In this document: piece by piece, positions 45,885 to 55,396 of the stretch
How positions within the stretch are numbered: the stretch's first letter is position 1
How the letters are laid out: each line of letters begins with the position of its first letter
DNA from: Gemmatimonadaceae bacterium
GTDB taxonomy: Bacteria > Gemmatimonadota > Gemmatimonadetes > Gemmatimonadales > Gemmatimonadaceae
Assembly (NCBI GenBank): GCA_051859245.1
Contig: JBHYGA010000005.1
Span: 288,001 to 352,000, forward strand
Length of the DNA stretch: 64,000 nt
Direction of reading: 5' to 3'
The notes under the pieces: generated by a model
The model's database searches: none
What the model was told of the DNA's origin: nothing
Seen by the model: only the letters and a program-made list of their open reading frames with translations
Translations under genes and position numbers: made by a program

Positions 45885-47135
45885 ATGACGTACGGATATT
45901 CCACACCCAGTTCCCATTCACCCCACGCACGGATTCTCAAACGCGCGTTCACAGCGGTTACTGCGGTCACGGTACTGGCTGCCTGCGACGCAACCGAGCC
46001 CAGTGCGGTTCTCGCACCGCAAGCGTCGGAACCCACGGTATCAACGAGTACCGTTTCGGAACAAAGCACACCGGTGACCATCGTGTGGAATCGTGAATCA
46101 CGTGAGCTGGTCAAGAAGTACGCAACCGGCGCTGCGCCTGCCATGCGAGTGTACGCGCTCGTTTCAATTGCGCAGTACAACGCCCTTGTGGCTGCAGACG
46201 ACGCCAAGGCGCCTCGCAAACGTCCATCGGCACGAGCCGCCATCGCGGCGGCTTCAACCGGCGTGCTGTCGTACTTGTATCCTGCAGAAGCCACGTTGCT
46301 TGAACAGAAGTTCGCACAGTTCAAAGCCACGCTGAACGAGCCTCCGCGAATGAACATGTCCGCCGGCGAAGTAATTGGGCGCGGCATTGCCGCGCAACTC
46401 ATCGCGCGCGCGCAACAGGACAATTTTTTCAAACCGTTCACTGGTGTCATTCCCACAGGACCTGGATTCTGGCAAGCGAATCCGACGCCACCTGCGTTCG
46501 CAACACTCGGGCAAGCCAAAACATTCGTGCTGGCGAGCGGCGATCAGTTTCGGCCGGTTGCACCGCCCGCGTATGGCTCGCCTGCATTCCTGAAGGATCT
46601 CACCGAAGTGCGCACGATCTCTGACGCTCGAACGCCTGCGCAGGATAGCATTGCGAAGTTCTGGTCGCTGCAGGGCGGTACCGTGACACCTCTGGGACAG
46701 TGGAATGTCATCGCGGATTCACTGGCGATGCGCGATCAACTTGATGAGCGTCGCACGGCACGCACGTTCGCGCTCCTGAACATCGCCGGTTTTGACGGAC
46801 TGATTACGAGTCACGATGCAAAATACGTGTACTGGCTGATTCGGCCGTCGCAGGCTGATCCGGAAATCACGTTGCCGATCGCGCTTCCCAGCTTCCCGAG
46901 CTATCCGTCCAATCATGCGCTCATTTCTGCTGCCGCGGCCGTGGTGCTTGGCAAGCAGTTCCCTGCGGACCGCAAGGCGCTCATGGTCCTGGCCGAAGAA
47001 GCGGCGATCTCACGCGTGTACGGCGGCATTCACTATCGATTCGACGCCACGGTTGGCGTAGACATGGGGAAGCGCGTGGGAATGTACGTGCTGTCCAGAG
47101 CACCCAAGGGTAATCGCGCCATCTCACTGCGATAG
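45885..47135 (+). CDS. Vanadium-dependent haloperoxidase / PAP2-superfamily lipoprotein
   Basis: Lipobox LAA-C, KYVYWLIRP, PSYPSNH, SRVYGGIHYRFD, GGAGG SD. Confidence 0.88.
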   Translation: MTYGYSTPSSHSPHARILKRAFTAVTAVTVLAACDATEPSAVLAPQASEPTVSTSTVSEQSTPVTIVWNRESRELVKKYATGAAPAMRVYALVSIAQYNALVAADDAKAPRKRPSARAAIAAASTGVLSYLYPAEATLLEQKFAQFKATLNEPPRMNMSAGEVIGRGIAAQLIARAQQDNFFKPFTGVIPTGPGFWQANPTPPAFATLGQAKTFVLASGDQFRPVAPPAYGSPAFLKDLTEVRTISDARTPAQDSIAKFWSLQGGTVTPLGQWNVIADSLAMRDQLDERRTARTFALLNIAGFDGLITSHDAKYVYWLIRPSQADPEITLPIALPSFPSYPSNHALISAAAAVVLGKQFPADRKALMVLAEEAAISRVYGGIHYRFDATVGVDMGKRVGMYVLSRAPKGNRAISLR

Positions 47136-47166
47136 CTCGGCCACAGCGCACGGCGCGCGTGGGCGT

Positions 47167-49260
47167 TTACACCGCCCGCGCGCCTGCGGCCGCCCCAAGC
47201 GCGACGCGTACGTCACGCGCATAGAACTCCTGTGCCGACGCGCCGTTCCCACCGCGGTGGTCATACGTACCGTCAGCGTGAAGATCCCAGGCCGCCGCGT
47301 CATCGGCGTAGCGATCAAGCAACTCGTCGAGCGTTTGCTGTGCCTTAGCATCACGCACTCTCACGAGCAATTCCACACGACGTCGCAGGTTTCGTGGACG
47401 CAAATCAGACGATCCGATCCAGTACTCGGGCGCGCCGTCGTTTTCAAAGCGGTAGACTCGGGAATGCTCCAGATACCGTCCGGCCACCGACACAATGCGA
47501 AAGCGTGCCGGCGTATCAGACGGTAGCGGTGCAAGAATGCAAATACCACGCACCAGCAACGTGACGCGAACACCGGCGTCGGCAGCGCGGCGAATGGCGT
47601 GCGCCATTTCGTGATCGGCCAGCGCGTTCATCTTGAAGTCGAGGCGTGCCGCGCGACCAGCGCGGGCGTGCTCGGCTTCTCGCGCAATGCGGGCCAGCAA
47701 CGCGTCGCGCAGCTGATGCGGCGCGACGAGCGCGTCACCGGTGAGCGGCGCCGGCGCCTCGGGCACGCCGGTCAGCGCACCAGAGAGCGATGCGAAAAAC
47801 GTGCGCAGGTCATCGGTCACGCTGGCGCGCGCGGTGAAGAGGCTCACATCGGTGTACTGTCGGCCGCTGCGACTGTTGTAGTTCCCTGAGCCAACATGCG
47901 CGTAGGCGCGTTCTCCATCGGATTCGCTGCGCACAATCAACGCGGCCTTGGCATGTACCTTCAACCCCGGCAAACCGTACACCACACGTCCGCCGGCCCG
48001 TTCGATCGCCCGCGCCCAGTTCACGTTATGCTCTTCATCAAATCGGGCCTGCAGCTCGACGAGCGCAAACACCGATTTCCCGCTCTGCGCGGCGCGCACC
48101 AATGCTTCCGCAATGCGGGATGGTGTGCCCACGCGATACAACGTCACACTGATCGCCGTCACTGCATCGTCCAGCGCCGCCTCTTCAAAGAGACGAGACA
48201 CTGACTCGTCAAAACTGTCGAACGGATGATGGAGCAACAGATCGCGTTCGCGCATGGCGTCGAGCATGCGTTCGGAACGAGCCACAACAACACGTCCGTT
48301 GAATGGCTCGTATTCAAGTTCGCCGCCGCGTGGCAACGGCAGGTGCGCAAGGCAGCGTAAGTCGAGCAGGCCATCAACACGCTGCACATCGGTGACCGTG
48401 AGCTCGAGATCGCGTCCCACAGCGTCGCGTCGTAACGTGTCGAGAATGAGCGCGCTCGCGTGGGCGGGCATGTCGCGTTCGACTTCCACGCGTACCGCCG
48501 GATTCAGTGGGCGCAGCGCCGTGGCGCGCTCGACCGCGCCGAGCAGATCAATGGCCGGATCATCGTCAATACGCAAATCACCACCGCGCGTGACCCGAAA
48601 CAGATGCGCGCTCTCGACGAGCACATCCGGATACATCGTCACGATATTTGCACGCAATACTTCTTCAACGGGAATCACGTCCGTCGAGCTCGCGGGCACG
48701 CGCAGCATGCGGGGGACATCGGCTGGCAACTCATGCTCGGCGAGCCGCAGGCGCGAGTCGGTGTGTTCACGGTACACGACAGCCAGCGACAGACCCAGGT
48801 GCGGCAAGTGCGGAAGCGGGTGTCCCGGACTGTATGTAATGGCGTGAGAGCGCAGTGCTGGTTGAATCTCGCGCTCAAACTGGGCGCGAAGCGCGGTCTG
48901 TTGCTCGGCCGTTAACGAACTCCATCGCCGTACCTGCACACCGTACGCTTCGGCCGCACGCAAGCAGACGTCGGCCACTCGCCAGTGCTCGTGCATGAGG
49001 GCCCGCACCGTGGCTTCCACCAGCTCCAGCTTGGCGCGCGCTGGTCCGTCGCCCGCTTCTTCAACGGCGCCGCGTCGGAGCTCCGCCATGCGCAGCATGT
49101 ACAGCTCGTCGATGTTGCTGGTCACAATGCCGAGAAACCGGAGTCGCTCGAGCAGCGGCACGCGTGGGTCGTCGCTGAGCGCCAGGACGCGGCGCTGAAA
49201 CGCCAACAGGCTGAGTTCCGGGTCGAGCAACGTGGAGGGTTCGGTTCCGAGCATGCTCAA
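47167..49260 (-). CDS. ppk1: Polyphosphate kinase 1
   Basis: ELSLLAFQRRVL, LLHHPFDSF, ELQARFDEEHN, LKVHAK, GSGNYN, RYLEHSR, RNLRRRVE. Confidence 0.93.
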   Translation of the reverse strand: MSMLGTEPSTLLDPELSLLAFQRRVLALSDDPRVPLLERLRFLGIVTSNIDELYMLRMAELRRGAVEEAGDGPARAKLELVEATVRALMHEHWRVADVCLRAAEAYGVQVRRWSSLTAEQQTALRAQFEREIQPALRSHAITYSPGHPLPHLPHLGLSLAVVYREHTDSRLRLAEHELPADVPRMLRVPASSTDVIPVEEVLRANIVTMYPDVLVESAHLFRVTRGGDLRIDDDPAIDLLGAVERATALRPLNPAVRVEVERDMPAHASALILDTLRRDAVGRDLELTVTDVQRVDGLLDLRCLAHLPLPRGGELEYEPFNGRVVVARSERMLDAMRERDLLLHHPFDSFDESVSRLFEEAALDDAVTAISVTLYRVGTPSRIAEALVRAAQSGKSVFALVELQARFDEEHNVNWARAIERAGGRVVYGLPGLKVHAKAALIVRSESDGERAYAHVGSGNYNSRSGRQYTDVSLFTARASVTDDLRTFFASLSGALTGVPEAPAPLTGDALVAPHQLRDALLARIAREAEHARAGRAARLDFKMNALADHEMAHAIRRAADAGVRVTLLVRGICILAPLPSDTPARFRIVSVAGRYLEHSRVYRFENDGAPEYWIGSSDLRPRNLRRRVELLVRVRDAKAQQTLDELLDRYADDAAAWDLHADGTYDHRGGNGASAQEFYARDVRVALGAAAGARAV

Positions 49261-49363
49261 ACTTATCCTCGCGCCGGATTTGTCGGGCGCCCGCGTGACA
49301 GGCAGCGTTGGTCGACCCCGCCATTACCCTGCGAGCGGAGTGATCGCCCACTAGTTTTGGGGC

Positions 49364-49846
49364 ATGGCTAACCTCTCTCCCTACCGGTCTCTCCCCGCGG
49401 CAAAGCGCGTGGCACTTGTCGCGCACGCGATCACGAATCACAAGGATGTGCGCGCGAAGTTTGCGCAGCGCCTCGCGTCACGCGGTGGTGGATTTCGCGC
49501 GTCTGCCGTGCAGACGTGGCCCGTTGATCGTTTGTCCAAAGAAGTCGTGCGACTCAACGCAGAAAATGCGACCGACGAGCTCGAGCTCTTGCAGTTGTTG
49601 TACGTGGAACTCGAACCGGCGATTCAGATTGCGTTTCTCGAAGCGGCCGGTGTGAAGCACACCAACGGTGTGATCGAAGAAGAACTCGAGCCGCCGTTTG
49701 CCGACGCCGATGCAGTGGTGCGCGGCGTGCAGGCGGTGTACCCGGCGTTCGGTGAGGATGGCATGCGCTACCTGCACGCGCTGGTGCGCTACAGTGCCAA
49801 CGGGTGGCCTGGTATTGGCGAGCAGGTGAGCGCGCTGCGCGCGTAA
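49364..49846 (+). CDS. Conserved-looking hypothetical protein
   Basis: Clean ORF with typical codon usage, divergent from ppk1. Confidence 0.7.
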   Translation: MANLSPYRSLPAAKRVALVAHAITNHKDVRAKFAQRLASRGGGFRASAVQTWPVDRLSKEVVRLNAENATDELELLQLLYVELEPAIQIAFLEAAGVKHTNGVIEEELEPPFADADAVVRGVQAVYPAFGEDGMRYLHALVRYSANGWPGIGEQVSALRA

Positions 49847-49893
49847 GTTCGCCGCATACGAAACCTTACCCGAGCCAGCGCGTAGGATACCCC

Positions 49894-50244
49894 ATGAACT
49901 TTCTACTCTCCTGGCTCATCCTCGCGGTGAGCGTCTGGCTCACCGCCTATCTGCTCCCTGGCGTCAAGGTCAAGAGCTTTGGCAGCGCGATTCTGGTCGC
50001 CGCGATCTTCGGCGTGCTGAACGCCTTGCTCGGGTGGCTCTTCTTTACCGTCTTTACCATCGCTACGCTTGGCCTCGCCTGGCTGCTGGCGTTTATCACC
50101 CGGTGGATCATCGACGCGATCATGCTGTCCATCACCGCGTCCATCACCGACGCCATCACGATTGACGGCTTCCGCTGGTCGCTGATCGCCGCGCTGGTCA
50201 TGTCGATTCTGGGCACGCTCGGGCAGTACCTGTTCCTTCGCTGA
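49894..50244 (+). CDS. 4-TM 'phage holin superfamily IV'/YvlD-like membrane protein
   Basis: AYLLPGVKVKSFGSAILVAAIFGVLN...TLGL...IDGFRWSLIAAL. Confidence 0.85.
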   Translation: MNFLLSWLILAVSVWLTAYLLPGVKVKSFGSAILVAAIFGVLNALLGWLFFTVFTIATLGLAWLLAFITRWIIDAIMLSITASITDAITIDGFRWSLIAALVMSILGTLGQYLFLR

Positions 50245-50353
50245 TCGACCCGAAGAAAGACCGATCGCGCTGGCACGGTGTAGGATCAGGGGAGCGGCCG
50301 AGGTTGGCCGCTCCTCTCTGTATCGGCTCCCGAGACTGCTACACTTCCTGTAT

Positions 50354-51061
50354 ATGAACGCTCGTCGATCTTCGCCGCTCCCAGGCGTGATGCCGCTGAT
50401 TTTATTGGTGACCGCCGCGTGCTCGAGCGCCGCCCCGCCAGCGCAGGCACCGCAGCCTACACCGCCACCGACTGCTCTCTCGCCGACCCTCGCCGAAGCC
50501 GAGGCGATTTGGCGAGCCCGTACCGATTCGGCGCGCCTTCGCTTCACGCCCGCTGACGTGCGCTTCATGACCGATATGATCGGGCATCACGCGCAGGCGC
50601 TTGTGATGTCGAACCTCGCGCCCACCAACAACGCGAGCCCGACCATTCAGACGCTCGCCGCGCGCATCGTCAACGCGCAGTCAGACGAGATCCGAATCAT
50701 GCGTCGGTGGCTCGAGGATCGCGGACAGCCCGTGCCCGAGGTCAACACGGGACACGACGCAATGCACGGCGACGCGTCGCACGCCGGGCACACGTCCATG
50801 CCAGGCATGCTCTCGCCCGCGCAGCTCGCCGAGCTTGCGGCGGCGAAGGGCCCTGAGTTTGACCGTTTGTTTCTCACCTTCATGATTCAGCATCATCGTG
50901 GTGCCGTGGTGATGGTGGACAAACTGTTTGGCACCGATGGCGCTGGACAGGACCACTCCGTGTTCAAGTTCGCGTCTGATGTGCAGGTTGATCAGCGCAC
51001 GGAGGTTGCACGCATGCAACAAATGCTCGACGCGATGGGTTCGACAACAGACAATCGATAG
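50354..51061 (+). CDS. DUF305-family (ferritin-like) lipoprotein
   Basis: Lipobox TAA-C, FMTDMIGHHAQALVM, FLTFMIQHHRGAVVM. Confidence 0.9.
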   Translation: MNARRSSPLPGVMPLILLVTAACSSAAPPAQAPQPTPPPTALSPTLAEAEAIWRARTDSARLRFTPADVRFMTDMIGHHAQALVMSNLAPTNNASPTIQTLAARIVNAQSDEIRIMRRWLEDRGQPVPEVNTGHDAMHGDASHAGHTSMPGMLSPAQLAELAAAKGPEFDRLFLTFMIQHHRGAVVMVDKLFGTDGAGQDHSVFKFASDVQVDQRTEVARMQQMLDAMGSTTDNR

Positions 51062-51104
51062 CTCAGAGTTTTTCACGTCACCTGCTTTCACTACGGATTC
51101 TGAA

Positions 51105-53117
51105 ATGGCCTTTGCGAGTCTCTCTACGCGCGTATTGAACGCACCTCGCGCTGCGGCGAGCACCGTGGCGAGCGCTGCGGCGCTCGTTGCCGCGTTTGCG
51201 GCGTGTGCACCGGCAACGTCAACCAGCACCGCTCCCGCGCCGCGCATGTCGTCGGGCGCGCCCAGCCCTGATCCGCGTGTGGGACTCAAGGCGGGGTTGT
51301 TTGATGCGGGCGAAGCCATGTGGAACATGAAGCGCGTGTCGTTTACGCAGCCGCCTCAGGCGTTCCTGGGCAAGTGGAACTCAGATCTCGCGTTTCGCGG
51401 CGACTACGTGTTCCAGGGAAATTTCGCCGGCTTCCAGGTGTGGGACATCTCCACGCCGTCGCGCCCCACGATTGTCAAAGAGTTTGTTTGCCCCGCGTCG
51501 CAGAGTGACGTGTCAGTGTACAAAAATCTGCTGTTCGTGTCCGGCGAAGGACTCGAAGGTCGATTGGATTGCGGCGCACAAGGCGTAACGGCGGCGTCCA
51601 GCAAGGATCGTCTGCGCGGTATTCGCATTTTTGATATCAGCGATGTGCGCAATCCGAAGTACATCACGAACGTGCAGACCTGCCGGGGTTCGCATACACA
51701 CTCCGTGTTGGTCGATCCGAAAGACGCGCAGAACATCTACGTGTACGTGTCAGGTTCTGCGCCGGTCCGTCCAACCACAGAACTCGATGGTTGCTCCGGC
51801 GCGCCGCCCAGTGCGGATCCCAAGTCGGCGCTGTTCCGCATTGAAGTGATCAAGGTGCCGCTCGCGAATCCAATGCAGGCGGCGATCGTGAACTCGCCGC
51901 GCATCTTTGAAGGACTGGTTGCACCCAAGTCGCATGGTCTTGCGCCTGACGACAAAGCTGAGATCGATCGCGCGCGTGCACGCGGTGCTTTTATCGTTGA
52001 AGTGCAGGGCGAGACCATGGTGTTGCCGGATGCTTTCGCCAATGCGCAGCTGGCGAACGTCGTGCGGTCGCGTGGTGGCACCGGCGCACCCACGGCGGCT
52101 GACAGCGCCAAGTTCCGTGAGGCACTCCCCGCGATGATCGCTCAGATGGTTGGTCCCTCGGCAAGCGGCGACGGACCGGCTCCAGGCCCGAACCAGTGCC
52201 ATGACATTACGCTCTACCCAGAGCAGGGCATCGCTGGCGGCGCGTGCGAAGGGTATGGTTTGCTGCTCGACATCAAGGACCCGGCCAACCCCAAGCGCAT
52301 TGCGGCCGTATCTGATTCCAACTTTGCGTACTGGCACTCGGCCACGTTCAACAACGACGCGTCCAAGGTGTTATTCACCGACGAGTGGGGCGGTGGTACG
52401 GCGCCCAAGTGCCGTGAGAGTGATCCCAAGTCGTGGGGTGCCAACGCACTATTCACGATTGAAAATGGAGCGCTCAAGTTTCAGAGCTACTTCAAGTTGC
52501 CGGCCGCACAGACCGCGACCGAAAACTGCGTGGCGCACAACGGTTCAATGATTCCCGTGCCGGGCCGCGATATCATGGTGCAGTCGTGGTATCAGGGCGG
52601 CATTTCCGTGTTCGATTTCACCGACATCAAGAACCCGGTGGAAATCGCGTACCAGGATCGCGGGCCGATTGACGCGGCCAAGATGGAGACGGGTGGCACG
52701 TGGTCGGTGTACTGGTACAACGGTTTGCTGGTCAGCTCGGAAATCGCTCGTGGTTTGGACATCTTCGAGCTCGCGCCGAGCGCACATCTCACGCAGAACG
52801 AGATTGATGCGTCCAAGACCGTGCGTCTGGAATACTTGAATCCGCAAGGGCAGCCCAAGTATGTGTGGCCGCCGTCGTTCCCGTTGGCGCTGGCGTACCT
52901 CGATCAGTTGCAGCGTTCCAATGGCCTCGACGCGTCGCGCATCAGTGCGGTTCGCACGTCGCTTGGCGTGGCTGAGCGTGCCATGGGTGGCGCACGTCGA
53001 GATGCACTCACGCAGCTCGCGTCACAGCTCGATGGAGATGCAGGCCGGGCGCGCGATGCGGCGAAAGTCCGTTTGCTGGCCACGGCCGTTCGCGATCTAG
53101 CGGCCGCAACGCGATAA
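51105..53117 (+). CDS. LVIVD-repeat beta-propeller lipoprotein
   Basis: NSDLAF, GFQVWDIS, CRGSHTH, QCHDIT, YWHSATF, NCVAHNG, SWYQGG. Follows the DUF305 gene. Confidence 0.85.
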   Translation: MAFASLSTRVLNAPRAAASTVASAAALVAAFAACAPATSTSTAPAPRMSSGAPSPDPRVGLKAGLFDAGEAMWNMKRVSFTQPPQAFLGKWNSDLAFRGDYVFQGNFAGFQVWDISTPSRPTIVKEFVCPASQSDVSVYKNLLFVSGEGLEGRLDCGAQGVTAASSKDRLRGIRIFDISDVRNPKYITNVQTCRGSHTHSVLVDPKDAQNIYVYVSGSAPVRPTTELDGCSGAPPSADPKSALFRIEVIKVPLANPMQAAIVNSPRIFEGLVAPKSHGLAPDDKAEIDRARARGAFIVEVQGETMVLPDAFANAQLANVVRSRGGTGAPTAADSAKFREALPAMIAQMVGPSASGDGPAPGPNQCHDITLYPEQGIAGGACEGYGLLLDIKDPANPKRIAAVSDSNFAYWHSATFNNDASKVLFTDEWGGGTAPKCRESDPKSWGANALFTIENGALKFQSYFKLPAAQTATENCVAHNGSMIPVPGRDIMVQSWYQGGISVFDFTDIKNPVEIAYQDRGPIDAAKMETGGTWSVYWYNGLLVSSEIARGLDIFELAPSAHLTQNEIDASKTVRLEYLNPQGQPKYVWPPSFPLALAYLDQLQRSNGLDASRISAVRTSLGVAERAMGGARRDALTQLASQLDGDAGRARDAAKVRLLATAVRDLAAATR

Positions 53118-53144
53118 GCCGAGATCGTTCGCTGGAGTACGTGC

Positions 53145-53181
53145 ACAAATCGCCGGTCCCTGCGCGGGGCCGGCGATTTGT
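53145..53181 (+). terminator. Intrinsic terminator-like hairpin
   Basis: ACAAATCGCCGGTCCC-TGCGC-GGGGCCGGCGATTTGT. Confidence 0.75.
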
Positions 53182-53270
53182 AGTTGTGTGTGACGTAACC
53201 GCGACCTGTTTGTCACCCGCTCACCACGCACGAGGCGCGAAGTTTACGCGTACATCACGCGTGAGGTGCG

Positions 53271-54167
53271 ATGTCGGCAGACAAGCGACGGTGCGAAGGC
53301 CCGCGACGTTTTCGGCGGGTAGTGCTGCTGGTGCTTGATGGGTTACGAGCGGATCTGATTGGCAGCCCGCGATTCCCACATCTTCGGGCGCTCCGTGAAG
53401 AGAGCGCCTACACGCTCGACGCCACCACAGTGCTGCCGAGCGTGACGGCAGCTGCGATGACATCACTGTTCTCCGGTGTGGCGCCGAATGATCACGGCAT
53501 TACCAGTGACCGGTTTGGCGTACCAAAGCACATCGCGCGGCTGCGCCCGCTGCCCCGCGAGGTGGCGCAGCATGGACTGCCAAGCACCGGTGTTGTTCGG
53601 CAAGTACCGTGGCCACTGCGACCACTGGCCCGAAAGATTGTGCGCGAACTGGGCATGCAGCAGGCGCACTTTGCGCCCGCCAACGTGCGTGAGCTATTGC
53701 GTGCCGCCATGCCCGCGCTGCGCACGCAAACGGACGGATTGATCGTGATGCATTGGCCGGATTGTGATGCGATTGGACACACGCACGGCTGGATGTCCGA
53801 GCCATATCTGGAAGCGGTCGCGCGCATGGACGCGGCGCTTGGCACCATGCGTGAGTTGATGGATCATGCGGGCACGGAGACGCTGCTGTTGGCGCTCGCG
53901 GATCATGGCGGCGGTGGTCGTGTGCTGAATGCGCATGACAGCGCGCATCCGCTCGACTGCACGATCCCGTTGTTGCTTGCTGGTCCCGGTGTGCACGCCC
54001 AAGTGCTGCCAGACACGCACACATTGCTTGACGCTCCGCCCACCGTGATGTGGGCGCTCGGTTTGCCGGTACCGGCGCAGTGGGCGGGTGCGCCCATCAC
54101 GTCGGCGTTCACCGCCCCTATCGCTGGCGCACCTGAACTTCGATTGGTGAAGGAATACGTCGCATGA
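53271..54167 (+). CDS. Alkaline phosphatase superfamily (NPP/phosphodiesterase-like) protein, no signal peptide
   Basis: LVLDGLRAD, PSVT nucleophile, DCDAIGH, LADHGG. Confidence 0.85.
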   Translation: MSADKRRCEGPRRFRRVVLLVLDGLRADLIGSPRFPHLRALREESAYTLDATTVLPSVTAAAMTSLFSGVAPNDHGITSDRFGVPKHIARLRPLPREVAQHGLPSTGVVRQVPWPLRPLARKIVRELGMQQAHFAPANVRELLRAAMPALRTQTDGLIVMHWPDCDAIGHTHGWMSEPYLEAVARMDAALGTMRELMDHAGTETLLLALADHGGGGRVLNAHDSAHPLDCTIPLLLAGPGVHAQVLPDTHTLLDAPPTVMWALGLPVPAQWAGAPITSAFTAPIAGAPELRLVKEYVA

Positions 54168-55396
54168 CCAACGTACTGATTGCTTTTGCTGACACTGGTG
54201 GCGGGCACCGCGCCGCGGCGAACGCCATTCGTGACGCGCTGCAGCGGCAATCGCCGACGGTTGCGGTCACGATGGTGGATCCCTACGCGATGAGTGACCG
54301 ATGGCCGTTCGATCGTTTGTCGGCGGCGTATCCTCGTGTTGTGGACAATGCGTCGTGGCTGTGGCGCAGCGGGTTTGCGTTAACGAACAGCTCGTCGTGC
54401 ACACACACACTGCAGACACTGGCCTGGCCGGCGCTGCGCGCAACCTTTCGCGGCATTCGCGACGAGAGCACTCCAGATGTGATCGTGTCCACGCATCCGT
54501 TGCTCACAACGCCGCTGCGTCGTGTGTTTCCAAATACGCCCATCGTTGTGGTGGTCACGGATCTCGTGAGCGGTCACGTGTCGTGGTACAATCGACGCGC
54601 GGATTTGCTGATCACGCCAACGGCGGTGGCGAGGGCGCGCGCGATCGAGTGCGGGTTGGCTCCGTCTATGGTTGAGGAACTTGGACTTCCGTTGCCGCAG
54701 GGATGCGAGCGTACGCCGCATGATATCTGGTTGCCGGAGCGCCTGGGCTGGAGCACACTTCGCCCGACCGTGCTGCTCGTGGGCGGTGGTGACGGTGTGG
54801 GTCCGCTTGAGCGCAATGCGGTGGCGATCGACGCAGCGAAGCTGCCGTGTGACATTGCGGTGGTGTGCGGGCGAAACAGTGCGCTCGCGGCGCGCCTGAG
54901 AGCACGTGAATGGAACGGCACGGTGCACGTGTACGAGTTCGTGCACAATCTCAATGAGATGATGCGCGCTGCACACGCGGTCGTGACCAAGGCTGGTCCG
55001 GGAACGATTGCCGAAGCCTTCGCCGCTGCCTGTCCGCTTGTGCTCACCGGGGCCATTCCGGGCCAGGAATCAGGAAACGTGGAATACGTCACGGCGTCAG
55101 GCGCGGGGGTGTGGGCTCCGACAGCACCGCTGGTTGTGGACGCGCTGCGCACGTGGGTGCAGGGCGGGGACGGCGCGCTGCGCCATGCCGCAGCGGTATC
55201 TGCGGCGGTGGCGATGGCACGCCCTCACGCCTCTGCACAAATCGCGGCCCGTGTGCTGCGCAGCGCCCAGACGCGGCGTCCGCGTGTCAGAAACCGTCGC
55301 TTGATTGAACGCGTTTGGCTAAGACGTCCAGTCTTCTCCCCAATCGCCACCCGATGCGTTCATTTCTTCAGGCCGTTTGCGCGGTTCTCTTCATAG
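54164..55396 (+). CDS. MGDG synthase/UgtP-family diacylglycerol glycosyltransferase
   Basis: DTGGGHRAAA, VSTHPL, VVTD, GGGDGVG, VCGRN, TKAGPGTIAEA, IPGQESGN. ATGA coupling to the upstream gene. Confidence 0.9.
   Translation: MTNVLIAFADTGGGHRAAANAIRDALQRQSPTVAVTMVDPYAMSDRWPFDRLSAAYPRVVDNASWLWRSGFALTNSSSCTHTLQTLAWPALRATFRGIRDESTPDVIVSTHPLLTTPLRRVFPNTPIVVVVTDLVSGHVSWYNRRADLLITPTAVARARAIECGLAPSMVEELGLPLPQGCERTPHDIWLPERLGWSTLRPTVLLVGGGDGVGPLERNAVAIDAAKLPCDIAVVCGRNSALAARLRAREWNGTVHVYEFVHNLNEMMRAAHAVVTKAGPGTIAEAFAAACPLVLTGAIPGQESGNVEYVTASGAGVWAPTAPLVVDALRTWVQGGDGALRHAAAVSAAVAMARPHASAQIAARVLRSAQTRRPRVRNRRLIERVWLRRPVFSPIATRCVHFFRPFARFSS

Noticed and set aside
29007..50244. Prophage suggested by the tail-fibre chaperone and holin-family genes
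   Set aside because: The genes are ~20 kb apart with no capsid, terminase or integrase. The fibre has a Sec signal, and this 4-TM family is commonly chromosomal.
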